Shown: piece after piece, positions 44,782 to 48,153 of the stretch | Layout of the letters: each line of letters begins with the position of its first letter | Numbering within the stretch: the first letter of the stretch is position 1 | Assembly (NCBI RefSeq): GCF_004010195.1 | Contig: NC_057752.1 | Coordinates: 13,357,755 to 13,405,907 of the forward strand | Direction of reading: 5' to 3' | DNA: 48,153 nucleotides | Source: Chiloscyllium plagiosum | Lineage: Eukaryota | Made by a program: the position numbers and the translations under genes | The notes under the pieces: generated by a model | The model's database searches: none | What the model was told of the DNA's origin: nothing | Seen by the model: the letters and a program-made list of their open reading frames with translations, nothing else

Positions 44782-45243
44782 CACAGAACAGTACAGCACA
44801 GGAACAGGCCCTTCGGCCCACCATGTCTGTGCTGACCATGATATCATTCTAAGCTAATCCCATCTGCCTGCCCATGGTCCATGTCCCTCAATTCTCTGCC
44901 TGTTCATGTGTCTGTGTAAATGCCTGTTCGATGTTGCTATTGTATTGGGTTTTACCACCTCCCCCCGGCAGCGTGATGCAGACACCTACCACCCACTGAG
45001 TAAAAAATGTTCCTCACACATCTCCTTTACACTTTCCCCCTCTCACGATAAACCTACTCCCCCTAGGTTTGACATTCCCACCCTGGGAAAAAGACTCCGA
45101 CTACCCACCCTATCCATGACCCTGATAATTTTATATCCTTCGAACAGGCTTTCCCTTCAGTCTCCGAGGCTCTAGTGAAAACAATCCAAGTTTATCCAAT
45201 CTCTCCTGGTAGCTCATACCCTCCAATCCAGGTAACATCCTGG
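44782..45243 (-). mobile_element. CR1 LINE 3' fragment, antisense
   Basis: - strand TRMLPGLEGMSYQERLDKLGLFSLEPRRL. Confidence 0.9.
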
Positions 45244-45274
45244 TAGGGTCAGAGGTGGGGGTAAAAGAGGGGGA

Positions 45275-45774
45275 NNNNNNNNNNNNNNNNNNNNNNNNNN
45301 NNNNNNNNNNNNNNNNNNNNNNNNNNNNNNNNNNNNNNNNNNNNNNNNNNNNNNNNNNNNNNNNNNNNNNNNNNNNNNNNNNNNNNNNNNNNNNNNNNNN
45401 NNNNNNNNNNNNNNNNNNNNNNNNNNNNNNNNNNNNNNNNNNNNNNNNNNNNNNNNNNNNNNNNNNNNNNNNNNNNNNNNNNNNNNNNNNNNNNNNNNNN
45501 NNNNNNNNNNNNNNNNNNNNNNNNNNNNNNNNNNNNNNNNNNNNNNNNNNNNNNNNNNNNNNNNNNNNNNNNNNNNNNNNNNNNNNNNNNNNNNNNNNNN
45601 NNNNNNNNNNNNNNNNNNNNNNNNNNNNNNNNNNNNNNNNNNNNNNNNNNNNNNNNNNNNNNNNNNNNNNNNNNNNNNNNNNNNNNNNNNNNNNNNNNNN
45701 NNNNNNNNNNNNNNNNNNNNNNNNNNNNNNNNNNNNNNNNNNNNNNNNNNNNNNNNNNNNNNNNNNNNNNNNNN
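45275..45774. other. Assembly gap (500 N)
   Basis: Run of N. Confidence 1.
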
Positions 45775-48153
45775 ACACAATGACTGATACATTGCACTGA
45801 CTGACACTGACTGACACACCGCACTGACTGACACACTGCACTGACTGATACACTGACTGACACACTGCACTGACTGACACAGTGACTGACACACTGCACT
45901 GACTGACATAGTGCACTGACTGACACAGTGACTGACACTGCACTGACTGACACAGTGACTGACACACTGAACTGACTGACACACTGCAATGACTGACACA
46001 CTGCAGTGACTGACACAATGATGGACACACTGCAGTGACTGACACAATGACTGATACACTGCACTGACTGACACAGTGTCTGACACACTGCACTGACTGA
46101 CACAGTGACCGATACACTGCACTGACTGATACAGTGACTGACACATTGCATTGACTGACACACTGCAGTGACTGACACAGTGACTGACACACTGCAGTGA
46201 CTGACACAGTGACTGACACACTGCACTGACTAATACAATGACTGACACACTGCACTGACTGGCACACTGCGCTGACTGACACAGTGACTGACACATTGCA
46301 TTGACTGACACACTGCACTGACTGACACAGTGACTGACACACTACACTGACTGACACAGTGCACTGACTGACAGTGACTGACACACTGCACTGACTGATA
46401 CGCTGCACTGACTGACAAAATGCACTGACACAATGACTGATACATTGCACTGACTGACACACTGCACTGACTGACACACTGCACTGACTGAACACTGCAC
46501 TGACTGACACAGTGACTAACACTGCACTGACTGATACACTGCACTGTTTGACACAATGACTAGCACACTGTGCTGACTGACACACTGTGCTGACTGACAC
46601 ACTGCACTTACTGACACACTACACTGACTGACACAGTGCACTGACTGATACAGTGACTGACACACTGCACTGACTGACACATTGCACTGACTTACACAGT
46701 GACTGATGCACTGCACTGACTGACACAGTGACTGACACAGTGCACTGACTGATACAGTGACTGACACACTGTATTGACTGACACACTGCATTGACTGACA
46801 CACTGCACTGACTGATACAATGACTGACACACAGCACTGACTGGCACACTGCACTGACTGTCACAGTGACTGACACACTGCAGTGACTGACACAGTGACT
46901 GACACACTGCACTGACTGACACAGTGACTGACACACTACACTGACTGACACAGTGCACTGACTGACACAGTGACTGACACACTGCAGTGACTGACACAGT
47001 GCACTGACTGACACACTGCACTGACTGACACAGTGACTGACACACTACACTGACTGACACAGTGCACTGACACACTGCAGTGACTGACACAGTGCACTGA
47101 CTGACACAGTGACTGACACACTGCACTGACTGACACAGTGACTGACACACTGCACTGACTGACACAGTGACTGACACACTGCAGTGACTGACACACTGCA
47201 TTGACTGACACAATGACTGACACAATGATGGACACACTGCAGTGACTGACACAGTGACTGACACATTGCATTGACTGACACACTGCACTGACTGACACAG
47301 TGACTGACACACTGCAGTGACTGACACAGTGACTGACACACTACACTGACTGACACACTACACTGACTGACACAATGCACTGACTGACACAGTGACTGAC
47401 ACACTGCACTGACTGATACGCTGCACTGACTGACAAAATGCACTGACTGACACAATGACTGATACATTGCACTGACTGACACACTGCACTGACTGAACAC
47501 TGCACTGACTGACACAGTGACTGACACTGCACTTACTGATACACTGCACTGTCTGACACAATGACTAGCACACTGTGCTGACTGACACAGTGACTGACTG
47601 ATGCACTGCACTGACTGACACACTACACTGACTGACACAGTGCACTGACTGACACAGTGACTGACACACTGCACTGACTGATATGCTGCACTGACTGACA
47701 AAATGCACTGACTGACACAATGACTGATACATTGCACTGACTGAGACACTGCGCTGACTGACACACTGACTGACACACTGCACTGACTGACACACTGCAC
47801 TGACTTTTACAGTGACTGATGCACTGCACTGACTGACACAGTGCACTGACTGATACAGTGACTGACACACTGCATTGACTGACACACTGCATTGACTGAC
47901 ACACTGCACTGACTGACACACTGCACTGACTAATACACTGACTGACACACTGCACTGACTGACACAATGACTGACTGACACACTGCACTGACTAATACAC
48001 TGACTGACACACTGCACTGACTGACACAGTGACTGACACACTGCAGTGACTGACACAGTGACTGACACACTGCACGGACTGATACGCTGCACTGACTGAC
48101 AAAATGCACTGACTGACACAATGACTGATACATTGCACTGACTGACACACTGC
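45775..48153. repeat. Complex low-complexity satellite built from ACTG/ACAC modules (e.g. ACACAGTGACTG, ACACACTGCACTGACTG), runs off the window end
   Basis: Directly visible. It produces the spurious C/S/V/Q-rich ORFs. Confidence 0.95.

Noticed and set aside
45131..48148. Cys/Ser/Val/Gln-rich ORFs resembling keratin-associated or metallothionein-like proteins
   Set aside because: All three - strand frames give the same kind of peptide from an ACTG/AC satellite, so there is no evidence of coding.

Overview
This is repeat-dense vertebrate genomic DNA, very probably from a shark or ray, inferred from its HE1-type V-SINEs, Deu-domain SINEs and shark-type CR1 elements. It carries one protein-coding gene on the + strand, an SLC26 anion transporter that best matches SLC26A10. 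I reconstructed 11 coding exons (7267-39794) with GT-AG boundaries and consistent phases. They give 1475 nt (491 codons) of stop-free frame covering the N-terminus and the whole transmembrane domain; the STAS-domain exons were not found in the window. The rest is CR1 and Rex1-like LINE fragments, three SINE families, a TA-flanked MITE, a possible solo LTR, four tandem arrays and two N gaps. Two of the arrays (36 bp and ~57 bp units) are amplified pieces of CR1 coding sequence. The most striking structural signal is a set of ~200-220 bp hairpin insertions with 12-17 bp target-site duplications. Each carries back-to-back minimal hammerhead-ribozyme motifs (CUGANGA...GAAA) of the Penelope-like-element type, and three sequence families show covarying stems. 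All family assignments are by eye or from memory of consensus motifs; no database search was run, and repeat boundaries are approximate.
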